A stretch of 64,000 nt of DNA from Amoebidium appalachense (GCA_963693365.1 CAVNZM010000014.1:4588001-4652000), one strand, 5' to 3'; shown: positions 1-28,985, numbered from the stretch's first letter. Notes: generated by a model not told the origin, from the letters alone. Made by a program: numbers and translations.

Positions 1-449
1 TCCTCACACCAACACGTTCTCTTGCTCCCACCGCAAACATGTCTTTGTTGGCAAATGCATAATGGCACCCATAATCAGTCGAGCACTTAGCCCCCCCCCC
101 CCCCCCCCCCCCCCCCAACCCCCACAACACCCCCCGGCGCTCTCAAAACAACCTCATTTTTGATCGCTACGTCAGCATTTCTCCGAGCTTCCTTCACACG
201 GTGACGGAAGGTCACATCATATGCATGCAAAGCCAATCAATAAATCACACGTCATCTTGACGTCACCCTTTAGAACACCGACTAAGACCTTTACCACCAC
301 CACTACATACGGAAAATGCACATAACCACCACCACCACATACACATTCACGCACAAACACACAAGATGCACACCTACCCATCCACCCAACACACAACAAC
401 ATTAACACAACCCACCACCACGGTTAAACAAAAAACAAACAATACCAAC

Positions 450-2035
450 CTGTGCAACAACGTCGCCCCCAAACAGGTAGCCAGCACCACGTGGTGACAG
501 CCCCCAGCCTTCGATCTCTGCAATGACGTCACATATGCCATCAGAACCAATCACATCGCAGTGTAAAAACCACAATGCATTACCATACAAATTGCAGCGC
601 ATCACGATCCCCCCCCCCCCCCCCCCCCCCCTCTCCCTCCCTCCCCCCCGCAAACCAACACCATACGAGCACATGCGCTTGATTCTCGTCAGCCAGGCAC
701 ACGTCCTTGGCGACCCGCAAACAGGCCCCGCCGCTCATTTGGCCTCTTTCTATAAGGGTACAATGCCCACAACTTTGTCGTAACCGGAACACAGACCAGG
801 TCATCGATGGCACGTATGCGGCTAGGTTATCTTGGTCTTAGCCTATCTTGCTGGACCCGTTCAAATATGTACAAACCCATAAGATGTCCAGAAAGAGTAT
901 TAGTCGGTGCACGTGCATGCTCTTGATTGATTATCATGCTTTTCCCCAGCCCCCCCCGCCCCCCCCCCCCCCCCAAAAGCCTCCCTGTCGTCTACCCTTC
1001 AACATTTAATTAATACCGCTAGACTGAGTTACAATTTCGCAGGTTTATGGTTTGCAAGACATTGCCAAAAATGCCATGGCCCCCCTCCCCCCCTTCCCTT
1101 CCTCCTTCCCCCCCTCTCCCCTCCACTACCCGCCCATTTCTCAACACAATGTATGAAAAAGCCAGCAGTGACAAGTTGTAGCACACAAATGCCGACATCT
1201 TGAAAACACACGTTTCAACACACAACCACGAATAGATACAACCATCATTCACAGGTATCTATGGGATGGGGCCGCATACCTTCGGGGTCGGACCACATCA
1301 GATCGCACATTGCCCCGTCGTGTGGCACCTCCTGCTTGCGGTCGATCGTGCGGATCTACACAGCACCGTGCCCTGGGTTAGCCATGGTTCTAGCTGCATC
1401 TCAAATTATGAAAGCGAATCATAATCTCCCATAATCGAAGCTCATTGCATCCCATAATCGAAGAGCTGCCCACATCCCATATAAAAAATAAACCCTCCCA
1501 CGAAAACAACTATTCAAGCAGAAAGAGAGCTCTAGGGCAAGACGGAGCGAAACAGGCATCCCAACCCCCCCCCCCCCCCACACACACAATTCGTAACTGC
1601 ACATGCATCAACAGACACAAAGTGTGCTGTGTTAAGGTTTGGTTGGTGTATGTGTGTGTGTGAAACACGTGAAAAAGTGCAGTGATAGTATCAACAATCC
1701 GTTTAAACCTGTGCGTGGTCGTGTGAGCATGCCTGTGCCTAATGATCTTTGTTCTTCTCTCTCTCTCAAAATGATAGAGAGAGTGTGTGTGTGAGTGAGA
1801 GAGAGAGAGAGAAAGGGAATGTGTGTGTGTGTGCGTGTGTGCGTGTGCATATGTGTGTGCTTGTGCGCGCGCACTAGTGTGTATGCTACTGTTTCTAAAG
1901 ATTCTCAGTACACCACTCGTATCATAAAGACCGACAAAGTCACCACCAGTCTTTTCTACATCGATCTGTTTATGGTGTTTCAACGGATTAGCAAACAAAT
2001 TTGCGAAGAGCAGTGTGTCGGTGATGCCTGAGCGC

Positions 2036-2123
<88 letters not shown>

Positions 2124-3195
2124 CCGCGCGATGTGTGTGCATGTGCATGTGGGTCTGGGCCCATGCGCACATGTGTTTTGTTGGTGTCTAACCAAAAGGA
2201 TAAGTGTTGAAACATCACTGCCTGGTGGGTGCGTTCAGTGTGTATGTGCGTGGGTTTGCGCCCATGTGCACATGTGTTTCATTGGTAAGTGTTGAAACAT
2301 CGCCCGGTAAGTGCGTTCACAGATCAAAAACACAGCAAGAACTGTACGAGTGCATGGGTTTAGGTGTGCCTGAATATGAACACACGAGCACAGGTGTGAG
2401 TGCGGGCTTTCAAAAGCCTGCAGAGGCGTGCATACTCATGCTTGGCACTGACGCGAAAAAAGTGCAAACCTGCATGGTCGCATATGTGCGCACATGCCTG
2501 CCTGTGCATGCACACATGAGCACGCACGAGCACTCACGAGCACATGCATATATGCAGACAGACAGATGTGTGCGGACTGCAGAGGTGAATGCATGCTTGT
2601 ATTTGTGCAGGGAGAGGGGGGGGGGGGGGGGGGGGATTTGCCCACCTGATCAAGCGTGTTAATGGAGGGTGACAGGCCACCGTGCACGCAAAACACCTGT
2701 GGAAAAGAGAAAATCAGCACCGTCGCCGCCAGGGTATACTCGTTTAAAACAAACGCCACCATATACAGGCGTGAATTCAGGTTGTCTTTCAAGAAAAAGA
2801 AGAAGGAAAAATAAATAAAGAAATAAAAAACCCCGCGAGCCAAAGCTTTCAAGAAAGACTGTGCAATCCGGGAGATGTCGCATGAACCATAATCAACCAA
2901 AGGGTTTAGAATGCGTTACAGAGTACAGAAGCACACATTCACAACGGACAACACAATGAAGAGTGCAAACAACACAAAACAGAGTACGCATAAGCAGAGC
3001 CCATCCTGGGGGGGAAGGAGAGGGGGGGGGGGAGGGGGGGGGGGGGGGGGGAAGGGGGCATGTTATCCACAAACGGGGGGTATACCTTGTCGTCGATGAG
3101 GGCCGAGAGGGACAGATAGTCGAAGATCTCTGTGCAGTAGCGCCACACATTGACGCTGCCAAACTTCCGCAGGCACTCGTCGTAGAACCCGTACA

Positions 3196-3248
<53 letters not shown>

Positions 3249-3546
3249 TGCGTGTGTGTGTGTGCACAAATACATGTTAGCGTGTGACGGACAGACTGAA
3301 GAGGAAGGTGTGCTCTTGCATGTGCAGGGGTTAGGAGCGCACAAAGAGGTGGGTGGGTGGGTGGGTAGGAGAGGGTGTATGTGTGTGCGTGCGTGTGTGT
3401 GTGTGTGTGTGGTGGTGCTGGTGCTGGTGGTGGTGGTGGGTGGGTGGGGGGGGGGGATGATGCGGTACAAATTGTGAAGCACACATCCACGACACACAAA
3501 ACAGAGCAGATTACTCAAAGAGGGGAGGGAGACAAGGAGAGGGGGA

Positions 3547-3590
<44 letters not shown>

Positions 3591-3857
3591 AAAAGAGGGG
3601 GAGGGGAGGGAAGGAGGGAGTGAGTGAGTAGGCGAGAGAGGGAGGGTAAAGGGGGAGCAGGAGGAAGAGAAGGGGGAAGGGAAGGAGGGGCGGAGGGAGG
3701 AGGGGAGGGCAAGGGGGAGGAGAATTATGGGAGAAGCGGGGAGAGAGGGAGGGAGGGAGGGGGGAAGGGAGGAAGAGAGAGAGAGGCAGGAGAGAAGAAG
3801 AAGGCCCAGGGCGAAACTAGATTGTGCTACACAGAATTGAATACCCAGAGGGGAGCT

Positions 3858-3888
<31 letters not shown>

Positions 3889-4944
3889 GGGGGAAAGGGG
3901 GAAGGGAGGGGCATTTGTTTATTCATGTGCGGGTGCAGAGGGCAAGCACATGTGCGCTTGCATGTGCTTGTGTTCTGCAAGCAAAAAGTGAAACGTTGGC
4001 ATGCATAAACTTGTGTGCGCATCAGCATGTGTGAAACAGGTGCTCATGTATTATCCTTTGTAGTTTGCGGACGTGCCTAACTGTGGCCCTATGTACACTC
4101 GGTGTGCGTGTGCGTGTATGCGTGTGTGTGTGCGCGCGCGTGCGTGTGTGTATGTTCCTAGGTGTGACACACATGTGCCTGCCTGTGTATAGACGTCCAA
4201 AAGGCATGGGGATGCTCACACAACAAACATGGCGTCAGCGTGTGTATGTATTTGCACACGTACGTGTATGAGTGTGCATTGTGTGGCCGCCAACACTCTT
4301 CAGTTCCGTGCATGCACAACACACACGTCCATGCAGCAGGCAGGGAACAAAATGACAGCGAAGCCTCAATTAGCAAAGGGTAGAAACATCCATCTACCAA
4401 CCAAGCCGAAATCACTCACAGCAAACAAAAAAAAAAGGGAGGAAGACCCACCTGTGTGATTTGTCTGCTCTCGTGGTTGCCTCTGATGAGAGTGATGCGG
4501 TCAGGGTAGCGAACCTGTGAGCAAAAACAGAAAAGAATCAGCAGCACGTTCTTCCTGTTCCCACACCTGCACACCTACACTACACATAGCCAGTGTTTGC
4601 GTATCGGTGCACCAATTCCCATTTAAAAACTCGAAACACGATGTCGTTGGTGTCATGCAGCATGACAGTTGGAAATACACCATATTTAGGTGAGAGAGAA
4701 GCCCAGGCAGGGGAACAGCGCAAAAGGGCATGAGTTGACGAGAGAGAGAGAGAGTTGAGAAGACCAGGGGAGGGGAAGGGGGAGGGGGAGGAAGAGGGAT
4801 GGAGGGATGGAGGGAGAGGGTGGGAGGGAGGGAGGGCAGAGGGAAGGGGGTTAGAGGGAGGGAGAGAGGTAGGGACGGACATGCGCACACACAACCTCCC
4901 CCCCCCCCCCGCCCTCCACACACACAGAGAGAGAGCAGCGGGAA

Positions 4945-4978
<34 letters not shown>

Positions 4979-4996
4979 TGTGTGTAGGGAAGGGTG

Positions 4997-5080
<84 letters not shown>

Positions 5081-6288
5081 ATGTGTGTGTATAAGTGTCA
5101 GTCGGAAACAGTGTTAGTCGGAAACACTGTTAGAAGCTCTTGTTATTCCATGTGCACCTTCAGAGCCAGCAGCAGCAAGAACGTCTCGACGGAGTAGAAG
5201 CCTCGGTCAACAAAGTCACCCAGAAACAGGTAATTGGTGTCCGGTACGTCCCCTCCGACCTGTGCACAGAGATTGTCAACATAATTATGTGATAACGGAG
5301 AGGCCTACCACACAAAACGTAACGGCAAGCAAACTATAAATCCACACACTGAGTGATGGCGTCTGCCAAGGATTTGTCAAAAGGACTGTCTGGTAAACGG
5401 GAGGCCCATTACACACAACATCGTGGTAAGCCAGCTGTATGTCCACACACCATACTGAATGACGAGCCTGCTAAGCCGTAACTTCATTTATCTACTCAGC
5501 AACTATTATTACAGGGCATACGACAATATTTACCTTGAAAAGCTCCTTGAGGTCGTAGAACTGGCCGTGAATGTCTCCACATATCTGCAGTGAGATAGTT
5601 GATGACCCTAGGTGTACACAAAACAAGCTCCAAGCACGGAAAAACCTCTTCTGTAGCGGCACCCCTTCCCCAATCCCCAACTCTTTCTTACTCGTCCCAT
5701 TCAATTTATTCAAGGCATTCCGCTTGCATTCGAGACCCACTTACTTCGTCCATTACTATGCATCAACACCCTCTCTTGGGCTCTTCCCTCCCTCCCCTCC
5801 CCTTCCCACACAACCAAACCTCCCAACACTCAAGGTGAGAAAAAGGACGCACTGTTACGGGGGAGTCCACTCTCTGAACGTTGCTCTCCTCCACCAAGAT
5901 CTCCCGTGCCTTTGCGCAGATTGCCTTGACCTCTGCCTCCTTAATAAGCTCGCAACGGCGGAGCATCTCTATTTGCCTAGTGGGCGTAATGACCAGTGTT
6001 AGGAGTGAACCACTGCACACATCCAAAAACATGGTCAAGGAAAACGAGCAAAATCCACGTAGTTCGACGTTAAAATGGATTCTAAGACACGTGCAACAGC
6101 GGAGCCAAGTACATAGAGCGATCCCTTTACTCTGAGGGAAAGCTACATCTACAAAACTAGCAGGAGTTAGGGAGTTAAGAACGCAAGGGGCTGAAAAAGC
6201 ATCCATAAACCCTACTTGCCCTGAGCTTTGCCTCTTTATAGATATTTGCGCCGGAGACTTACCGATCCAGATCTGAGAGAGACGTCAT
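450..6288 (-). CDS. PPP4C: Serine/threonine protein phosphatase 4 catalytic subunit, 9 exons visible, 3' end beyond the left edge
   Basis: Exons about 6263-6288 (MTSLSDLDR), 5852-5976 ([17 protein letters not shown]...VDSPVT), 5535-5585 ([17 protein letters not shown]), 5158-5259 ([27 protein letters not shown]), 4452-4514 ([21 protein letters not shown]), 3086-3196 ([28 protein letters not shown]), 2646-2696 ([17 protein letters not shown]), 1280-1355 ([25 protein letters not shown]), 450-517 ([23 protein letters not shown]). PPP motifs GDIHG, GDFVDRG and GNHE are present with PP4-type residues, and exon phases join. Confidence 0.93.
2905..3008 (-). mobile_element. Poly(C)-associated element, subfamily C, 5'-truncated
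   Basis: Reverse complement reads (C-run)AGGATGGGCTCTGCTTATGCGTACTC...GTACTCTGTAACGCATTCTAAACCC, sharing the GGATGGGCTCTGCTTAT core and the 3' end with other copies. It lies in a PP4 intron, sense. Confidence 0.75.
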
Positions 6289-7207
6289 TTTCAACAACAA
6301 TAACTGCTGAACGTTGAAGCTCGGGTAGCAAGTAAACGGTTATGAATGTCGACCAAGCTCCGAAGATGAGTGCCCACGTTGTAATGAGCCAAACAATCGA
6401 TGGGCGAAAGAAAGCCTTGAAAGATTCACAACGCCAAGATAAAAGTGCACGGAAATATTTCGAAAATACCCAAGGATTATGGGCAGGAGTTGCACAATAA
6501 TCCGTTTGTGCTCACTCGTTTTCTACTTCAGTGTGTGGTCGGTTCCGGCTTGTACAATTAATTAAGCGGTGGTGATACTAGGCGCTACAGAATTTTGACA
6601 AAGGAATTCAAAAATATGCTTTAGTCTTCCGTTGTCCACTACTCTCAAAAAACACGTTCGAGTCTAAACAGACTCTATGAAAGAGATGTTTTACAGAGCA
6701 CACAACTCTACAAGCCCGTTGTTACTCCGTCCACCGCGCGCTCTGAGGTCTTGTCACGGAACATGAGGTAAAAGGCCAACAACCTCCCGGCTAGTACCGC
6801 ACTTTACGGCCGATTGGCGCCATTTCCCTTTTTTGGGCTGCTTGCATAGTCTGTCGACTATGACGTAGTAAATTTTTCTTTCCCCACAATTTTTTGGGGT
6901 GGACATTTTACAAGACGTTATGAATGTAGACTAATCTTTTGCCTGCTGGCCCCTGATCACTCCTCAGTTGCTGATGTGAAGTAAAGAAGAGTATGGGTTT
7001 GAATTCATGTTCTCATTGCCAGGCCAGTATACATACACGATATACTATAGGACCGTGCAGGCTTTCGCCCATACACATACAGTTGCAGGCCGCTACATAC
7101 AGCTAAGATAGTGCTGCTGAGATCGGAATGAATGCTGTCTTGACACATTTCAGGCCTATTTAGATCATCAACACCTTCGTAAAGTTGTAGAAAGTTTCAA
7201 GGTGTTC
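6289..7207. promoter_or_regulatory. Probable bidirectional promoter between PP4 (-) and PanK (+)
   Basis: Divergent start codons at 6288 and 7208/7307. The interval has none of the homopolymer or microsatellite tracts that fill the introns. Confidence 0.55.
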
Positions 7208-21665
<14,458 letters not shown>

Positions 21666-22119
21666 TTCGTTTGATGCACTATGCTACACCCCTGCCTCCC
21701 TCGAGTGTCCTGGAGAGAATGAGAAGAGGATGCTGTAAACAACATACGCGCGTGCACAGACACATGCACATACACAAGCGCACGTACAGTACGCACACAC
21801 ACATCCACACATATGCACACACACACACCACATACACAGACGCACACACACGCGCGCGCACACACGCAAGCGTTGCGGACACGCACAACAAGCACAGAAG
21901 GATGCACACACGATTGCTCACAATGCCTCTAAACATGAGTTGCATAGAATAGAGCGCAGCACGCACATGGATATATGTGCTTAGACACGTGTCCACTGTA
22001 CATGTAAACTCGTTCATCTAGGCATGATTTATTTTTACTTTTGTACGTGATTGACAGAGGTTATGTACCATTCTCTGTCACGAATGTCCTACAGCCCTCT
22101 TTATCTGTTTGATATCTGC

Positions 22120-22153
<34 letters not shown>

Positions 22154-22154
22154 C

Positions 22155-22199
<45 letters not shown>

Positions 22200-22785
22200 G
22201 ACCGACCAACCAACCAACCACCACCACCACCAAACCCCACCCTCAAAACGAGGCCTATCTTCAACGCCCTGCCCGACATTTCTTTTCTTCCTTTTCTTTT
22301 GCCCCCCCTTTTTTTTCTGTTCGCTTCGTGGCGCATCAGTCAAGCAAGCTAGGTGACTATTGCATGTCCGTATCAAAATGTATTCGTATGTTTTGCACTG
22401 TATATGACTGACTGTATAATCGAACTAGTATTTTTATGTTCGAGATGCCCTCCCCCAAGTTTGAACCTGAGGTGTTGTTTGGGTGCCTGTGTATGTAATG
22501 ATCTTGGCTGTTTGCAATGGCCCGGCTGTGGCTGCAGGGCAGTCCACCTTTGGCTGTGTTGACAAATCCAACACAACCACTAGTATGCGCAACCACTAGT
22601 ATGCGATCCTTTTTTTTTAAAAAAAAAATAAGAGCTCTGAACTGGATTTGTCGGGGGTGATTGCCAGTGGTGGTGGTGCTGCCAGTGGGTGAGTGAAATG
22701 TGGTGGCGGTGGTGTGTGTGTGCTGGGGGGGGGGGGGGGGACGGAGAGAGAGGGGGGAAGGCCGGGGGGGGGGGGGGGGGGGGGG

Positions 22786-22820
<35 letters not shown>

Positions 22821-23777
22821 AGCCCCTGTAAGCTTTAATTTTTTTAAGTTGGCCGAGCAAAATCCAGGCCCGGAATGTGTGCACGTGTGTGTGTGTGTTT
22901 GTGTGTGTGTGTGGGTGGGTGCATCGTGTGTGCGTCGGTTGTGCGTGTGTGTGCGTGTGCGTGCGTGTGCGTGTGTGGGCGTGTGTGCGTGTGTGCGCTT
23001 GTGTCTGTGTTTCTTTCTTTTTTTGTGGGATGGAGGGGGGGGTGGGGGCGGGAGGGGGGAGGGGGGAGGGGGAGCGCGGGGTGGGGCCCGGGGGGAAGGG
23101 GGGAAGGGGAGAGAGAGGGGCAGGGGAGGGGAGGCTCTGTGAAGGCCGTTGGGGGGATCGAACGAGAGCGTGTGCAGTGGTGATTAGTAGAGAAGAAAAC
23201 ATAGATGACGTGTTTTGAATGTACGATCGTTGCATAGACAGCAGGAACATTTGGGCCAGAACACGTTTTTTGGGGATGTTGTATTTTTGCAATTCACAAA
23301 GCATGATAAATTCGCGTTTTTGCGCTTGAATCGAACACGAACACGAATACGAACCCTGCTTTTGAACACGGGCTTGTCCTGCTACAAAATGCTGCCACCT
23401 ACTGAGCTGGCTCCTTATTTTTCCTTACACATTCAGCGAACACTGGACTCTATCGAAACCGTCGAGGCGCCGCGACAGAAAGCATGCACGCGGTCGCGAG
23501 AGTGTCCCGTCTGCAGCGAACGTAAAGTTCATCGCAGCGCGTGCACACCGTCAGTACGTGTGAGTACAAAATGTAGGCTGGATCCCGTTTTTGACATCAG
23601 CTCTTGACAGCTCTTTTGTTTTGGTGTTTAGCCTCAAGAGCTACTTTGTGTGGGTGGTCGACAGAGATACTTACTGTGCTTACACATACATTTGGTACTC
23701 AAAAACGAGCAATAAATACCCCTGGGGCCAGTGTTCGAACTCTAACCTTTTTTCCTATTCGGTTGCACATTGCCAAT

Positions 23778-24915
23778 ATGTCTTCGCATGCTCAGCACAA
23801 ATTCATAGAGCCAGCGGACAACAGTAAAGGTTCTCTCCCCCCCCCCCCCCCCCCCCCCCCTCTCTCTCTCCCTCCTCCCCCTCCCTCTTGCTCTCCTCAA
23901 AGGCTTTCATTTTTTTTCTGAGGCCCGGGAAGCTTTCTACTTGATGATTTATCTATAGAAGAAAGGGGGAGCCGAAAAGAGGGAGATTGAAAGGAGGGGT
24001 GACAGGGAGAGGGAGGGGGGTTTGGGGTTTGGGGCGGGGGTGGGGGGGGGGGGGAGGGGAGGAGGGGGAGGAGCCTGGGCTAGAAAGGAAGGAGAGAGGG
24101 AGGTGGTTGGGGGACGGAGGGAGGAAGGGGGAGAGTGAGAAGGGGAAGAGGGGAGGGGACGAGGGGTAGGCGCAGGTGCGGGGGAAGGGGGAGGAAGAGG
24201 GAATGCGAGGGGGGGAGAGAGAGCAAGGGAGGGAGGGAGAGAGGGAAAACGAGAGAGGGATCCGGAGGGACATATAAGTCGACACGGAGGGGGCTACGGG
24301 AGCAAACACACATTGTCAACACCCATCTGAATGCCGAGCAGAGTAAGCTCGGATAAAAATCTTGACACTAATTCAGAGCGTCTCTCGCGATCTCTCTGAG
24401 TCTCCTCTCTCACTTCCTCAGAGTCTCCTCTTTTCCCTCTCTCTCTCTCTCCCCCCCGAGCCTCTTTCTCTCTCTCTCTCTCTCAGAGCAGATCTCCCCC
24501 CCCCCCCCCCCCCTCCCCCGCCCTCCCCCATGGCCACCCCCGGGAACCCCTTCTCTCTCTCTGTGAGTGGGTGGGGATGGGGGGGGAGGCAGGTTGTGTT
24601 TGGAGGGAAAGAATAGGGTTGGGTGAAACCGAGTGGGACGGAAAACGAACAAATGTAAGAAGAATAAGAAGAAGCAGATTGAAGGGGAGGGGGGGGAGGG
24701 GGGAGGGGGGAGGGGGAGGGGGGGGGGGGGGGGTTGAACGGTTGGAAGGGAGGCTAACGGATATATTGTCGGGATGTAATTTGGGTGGTTCTCGGGGTTC
24801 GAACGTGATTTTATTAAGGAGTTCACGGTAAACAGTGTTCGGAAACTACGGTTCATGCGCCCGATAGACCCCATCTGAAGCCACCACAATAGATGGAACT
24901 ACCACTGTTTTTTTG

Positions 24916-24947
<32 letters not shown>

Positions 24948-26490
24948 ACCAGCCTGCCCGATGTCTCTACTGCCCACAGAGCTGCTTGGGGCCATTGTCC
25001 GCCACCTGCCCCCCAAAGGACCGGTGCTCAGTTTCGGCAACATGCCACGCTCTATGCGGCGTTGCTTTCAGCATCCACGCGGGTCCCCTCACGGTATGCT
25101 TTTCTAAGGGTGGCGGCGTGTTTAGGGTGTACCCCTCGCTGTCAGAAACGCCGGACTCGTTTAAGTTGTGTATTCACGCGTGGGCAAAAGCACCTACCGA
25201 CTTGGCCGTCCATGTGGCCGGTTTGGAGCCCAAGGATGGGTCAGCAAACGGGTCTTGGAGCACCGCATCTGCGCTTGCAATATTGTCGCTTCCCAACCTG
25301 AAATCCCTGACGGTAAACGTACAAAAATTTCAGCAGAGTCTACATGCCGAGTTTTGAATCACTCATGCGCCCAGTGCTAATGAACCGGGGAGCGCAGTTG
25401 GAAGAACTCGCCATAGATTTACCCATTGGGTACGCAAGTACTAGTGGCCCGCGAGATGTGGCCGGCGAGGCGGCACTGGTTTCATTTTTGTGGGAGCGTT
25501 GTCCCAACCTCCACTGGCTGAGTGTTAACGGGCTTACATGGCCCACATCCGTCCACGGGCACAAGGCAGTGCTCCATAGTGCTAAGGTAGTCGTGGAAGG
25601 GCCCTCGAGCCTGGCCGTGATAACATCAGTCCTGCAGTGCGCATCAACCATTCGTGAGTTAACGATCGGCGGATACGGTCTTTACGAACAGGGAGTAGTA
25701 GAGTTTCTCGGTATGACCACGAGCCTACGCGTATTGAACCTGTGTGAAGTACACGGGCGCATTTTGGATCTCTCTCCCCTAGCGGGATGCTTGCACCTAC
25801 GTCGCCTTTTTGTGGATGCCAATCACAGCGGGGTTCCCACAGTAGGTTCAATTTCCTGCCTCTTCGACCCTTCCAAACCTACGTTTCATGGAGATGATTG
25901 GGGTGGCTGGGGTGACGGGTGGCTGTGTGGGTCTGAGACTCACCGAGGTGACTCTGTCGTATTCCGGGTATGCTGTCGAGCATGTACCGGATGTTGGGTT
26001 CTTGGGTGGGTTGGCCGACACACTGTGCGCATTACGGCTGATGAAAGTGATCACGCGTGGTGCTCGCAAGCGTCAGAGCTCCCCCGGTTGGGTCTCACAA
26101 ACCTAACACGCCTTTCCCAGGAAGAATGCTACACCGGGCCCTTCAACTTCTCTCTCGCCGACTATCCATACCTGCAAGATCTGCGTCTGGTAGACGCGGA
26201 TACCAACAGCCTTGGGGCGCCTTGCCCGAACAGCCGCCTGCAGGCAGCAAGCCTTAGCCTATGTCAACATCCCACTTACAAATTTCCTTAGAAACATTAC
26301 GGGGCTGGCGGGTAGCGCAATCAGATCCCTCGTTCTGGAGAGTGTGGGTCTGCGTAACATTGATCCGGTAGGCACGTGCACACAAATTAACCGACATCAC
26401 GTTTAGGAATTGTCGTTTGGTTTCTTCCATCGAACCACCCGCCGCACTACCCCTCGAAAGCGCCGTTTTCTCTAGATGCCCCATCACGTC
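23778..26490 (+). pseudogene. F-box/leucine-rich-repeat protein, copy 1, frameshifted and 3'-truncated
   Basis: Exon 1 is 23778-23829 (MSSHAQHKFIEPADNSK), followed by a GT-AG intron and exon 2 from 24953. It has an F-box-like segment (LLPTELLGAIVRHLP.KDRCSVSATC) and LRR-like repeats (LRVLNLCEVHGRILDLSPLAGCLHLRRL). The homologous protein is spread over several frames, with shifts near 25010, 25345, 25855, 26115, 26280 and 26390. Confidence 0.75.
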
Positions 26491-26526
26491 TGGGGGGGGG
26501 GGAGGCTTTCTTTCAATAGCACACCC

Positions 26527-26616
26527 TCAAGCATCCAGGACACACACACACTTTCTCAAGCTTGCCGATTTTGCTCGCTGACCCTTGCCTTTTTTCCCTT
26601 TTCTACGACTTTCTCT

Positions 26617-26655
<39 letters not shown>

Positions 26656-26845
26656 AGAAAAAAAAAAATCGCCACTCCCACCTCCACCACAAAGAAGCGG
26701 CATGTGACCTGCATTTTGACTCTAAGTTCTTTGCCCAAACAGGTAGTCAGGAGTCACATGATCGTCTTAGCGATATCAGTGAGGCATACAACATTCTTTG
26801 CAACTACGAGACAAGGAGGAGATACGACCACGCTATGGGTTTGGC
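26527..26845 (+). pseudogene. Orphan duplicate of DnaJ exon 2 with its upstream intron
   Basis: 26742-26837 encodes [32 protein letters not shown] versus [32 protein letters not shown] at 36646-36741. The intron flank GCATCCAGGACAC is also shared with 36366. No other DnaJ exons are nearby. Confidence 0.85.
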
Positions 26846-26967
26846 ATCCCCCCCTCCCGCCTCCCCCGGCCCTCCCTTCGACCGACGCACGCACACATGC
26901 ACACGCACGCCCACACACACACGCGGGCGCGCGCGCGCACACACAAACACACACACACACACACACA

Positions 26968-27017
<50 letters not shown>

Positions 27018-27336
27018 GTGGCAAACACAAACACCGTGACAAACGCAAACACACACACGTACACACACATACGCACACTCGCACTCACATGCACACATAT
27101 GCACGTACATGCTCCCTTACCCCTTTTGTAGGGGCAGTGTAAGTACACAAACACAGCCACACCCACATGTCTCATTGGTTGGCTACAAGCCCCCTCCCTT
27201 GCTCACGACACTTTCGCCCTTCTCGCTGCAATCATACACATGCAGGAATCACACAAGCACATGTGGACTATTCCCTAAAGTGGACACACGAACACATTTA
27301 CAAGAAGGTGCACATAGTTAGAAAATGCTTGTGCAC

Positions 27337-27379
<43 letters not shown>

Positions 27380-27546
27380 AAAAAAAAAAAAAAAACTCCC
27401 AACACACGCAACGATCACAGACACACCTGCTACTCTCTCCCGCGCACACACATACGCCCCCGCACACACCCGCACACACCCACACAGACAGAGATTTACA
27501 CATTCAAAGCTCGAATATTAAACGAGATTCCCTTAGGCACACATAT

Positions 27547-27592
<46 letters not shown>

Positions 27593-27600
27593 ACACACAC

Positions 27601-27648
<48 letters not shown>

Positions 27649-27689
27649 CTCCCTCCCTCCCTCTCTCTGTGTGTGTATATGTGTGCGCT

Positions 27690-28638
27690 CGTGTGTGGTC
27701 ATGTAGAGTGTACATGGATATATTCGAGTAAAAATGTGTACACGACGGGCCACCCAGTGGCAGGCCCTATATGTAACTAGCAGCAGATAGCGATGATTCT
27801 AGTTAGTGAATTTGCAATAACCTCATAGCTAAATAGCACGGGCCTTGCTTCAAAGGCTAAATTTTGGTTATATTGGTGTTGTTTGCATAGCGTGCATACA
27901 CATATCAAGGCCCGTCACTAATTAGGGGGACATATGTACGTATCCGAGAGACTATGGTGTGTCGATATCTATTTGTGCAAAACAACTCACAGATTGTACC
28001 ATCTGCTTAGGTCACTAGTACTGTGCATGATTCCCCCCCCTCTCTCCCAGCCCCTCCCCCCCCATCCAAACATGCGCGCGTGCACACACACACACACACT
28101 TAGCCCAGGGGTTTTGCCCCAGTTTTGCTAGTGGGGAGCACCAGCCTGCCTCCACCCAAAACCTATTAATAATAAATTAAACACTCTCTCATTGGTTCGA
28201 CTATCATGCTCAAATTGTTAATGTGGTAACGTGGGAAGTGCTTCTGCTTGCCAAATTTGTGGTGGTGCTCCGGTGGATATGGAAATTTCAGGTATTGGGG
28301 TGGTCGTGGTGATATGCCACTGCCTAGATAGTATGTTGTTCTGTTGAAGTACCGACTTAGCTTAGATTTGCTATGTTGCAAGTGATAGTTGAAACCGGTG
28401 CTTGCATAGCTGGGTGCCGCTGGGTCTATGTGTGTGCTGGCACATTTCACATATGGCATGCTGGTTGCGCGCATGTGTAGGGCGTGTTTTCGAGTGTTTT
28501 GGTTGCCGGTGGGGCTTGCTCTATGTTTCTGTGTATGTTCGTGTGGTGGTGGTGGGGTGGTATCCTTTTTTTTTGGGGGTGTTCGGGTGACCTGCGTGCG
28601 CACACACGTACACACACACATACACACACGCACACCAT

Positions 28639-28717
<79 letters not shown>

Positions 28718-28954
28718 CACACACACGAACACGCACGCACACGCGCGCGCACACACACACGTGCACACACAGGCACACTGTGTTTGAATGTGTGCGTGTG
28801 TGTATGTGTATTTGTGTGCGTGAGTGTGTGCCCGCGCCTGCATGTGCATGTGTGCATGTACATTTGTGCAACAGTGGGTATGGGTGTTGGGTGTGGTTGT
28901 CACAGGGTTCAACGGTGTGTACGTATGCGCCTGTGTTGGTGTGAGCTCACGGTT

Positions 28955-28985
<31 letters not shown>

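Noticed and set aside
2158-2320. Small local duplications (also 5100-5131, 11030-11108, 22576-22605, 29976-30105, 47072-47135)
   Set aside because: These are ordinary short tandem duplications with no link to splice sites or the element.
28166-28440. Non-repetitive tail of the 420-aa minus ORF near the centre of the inverted duplication
   Set aside because: It has no recognisable domain or clear splice boundaries, and the rest of the ORF is microsatellite.
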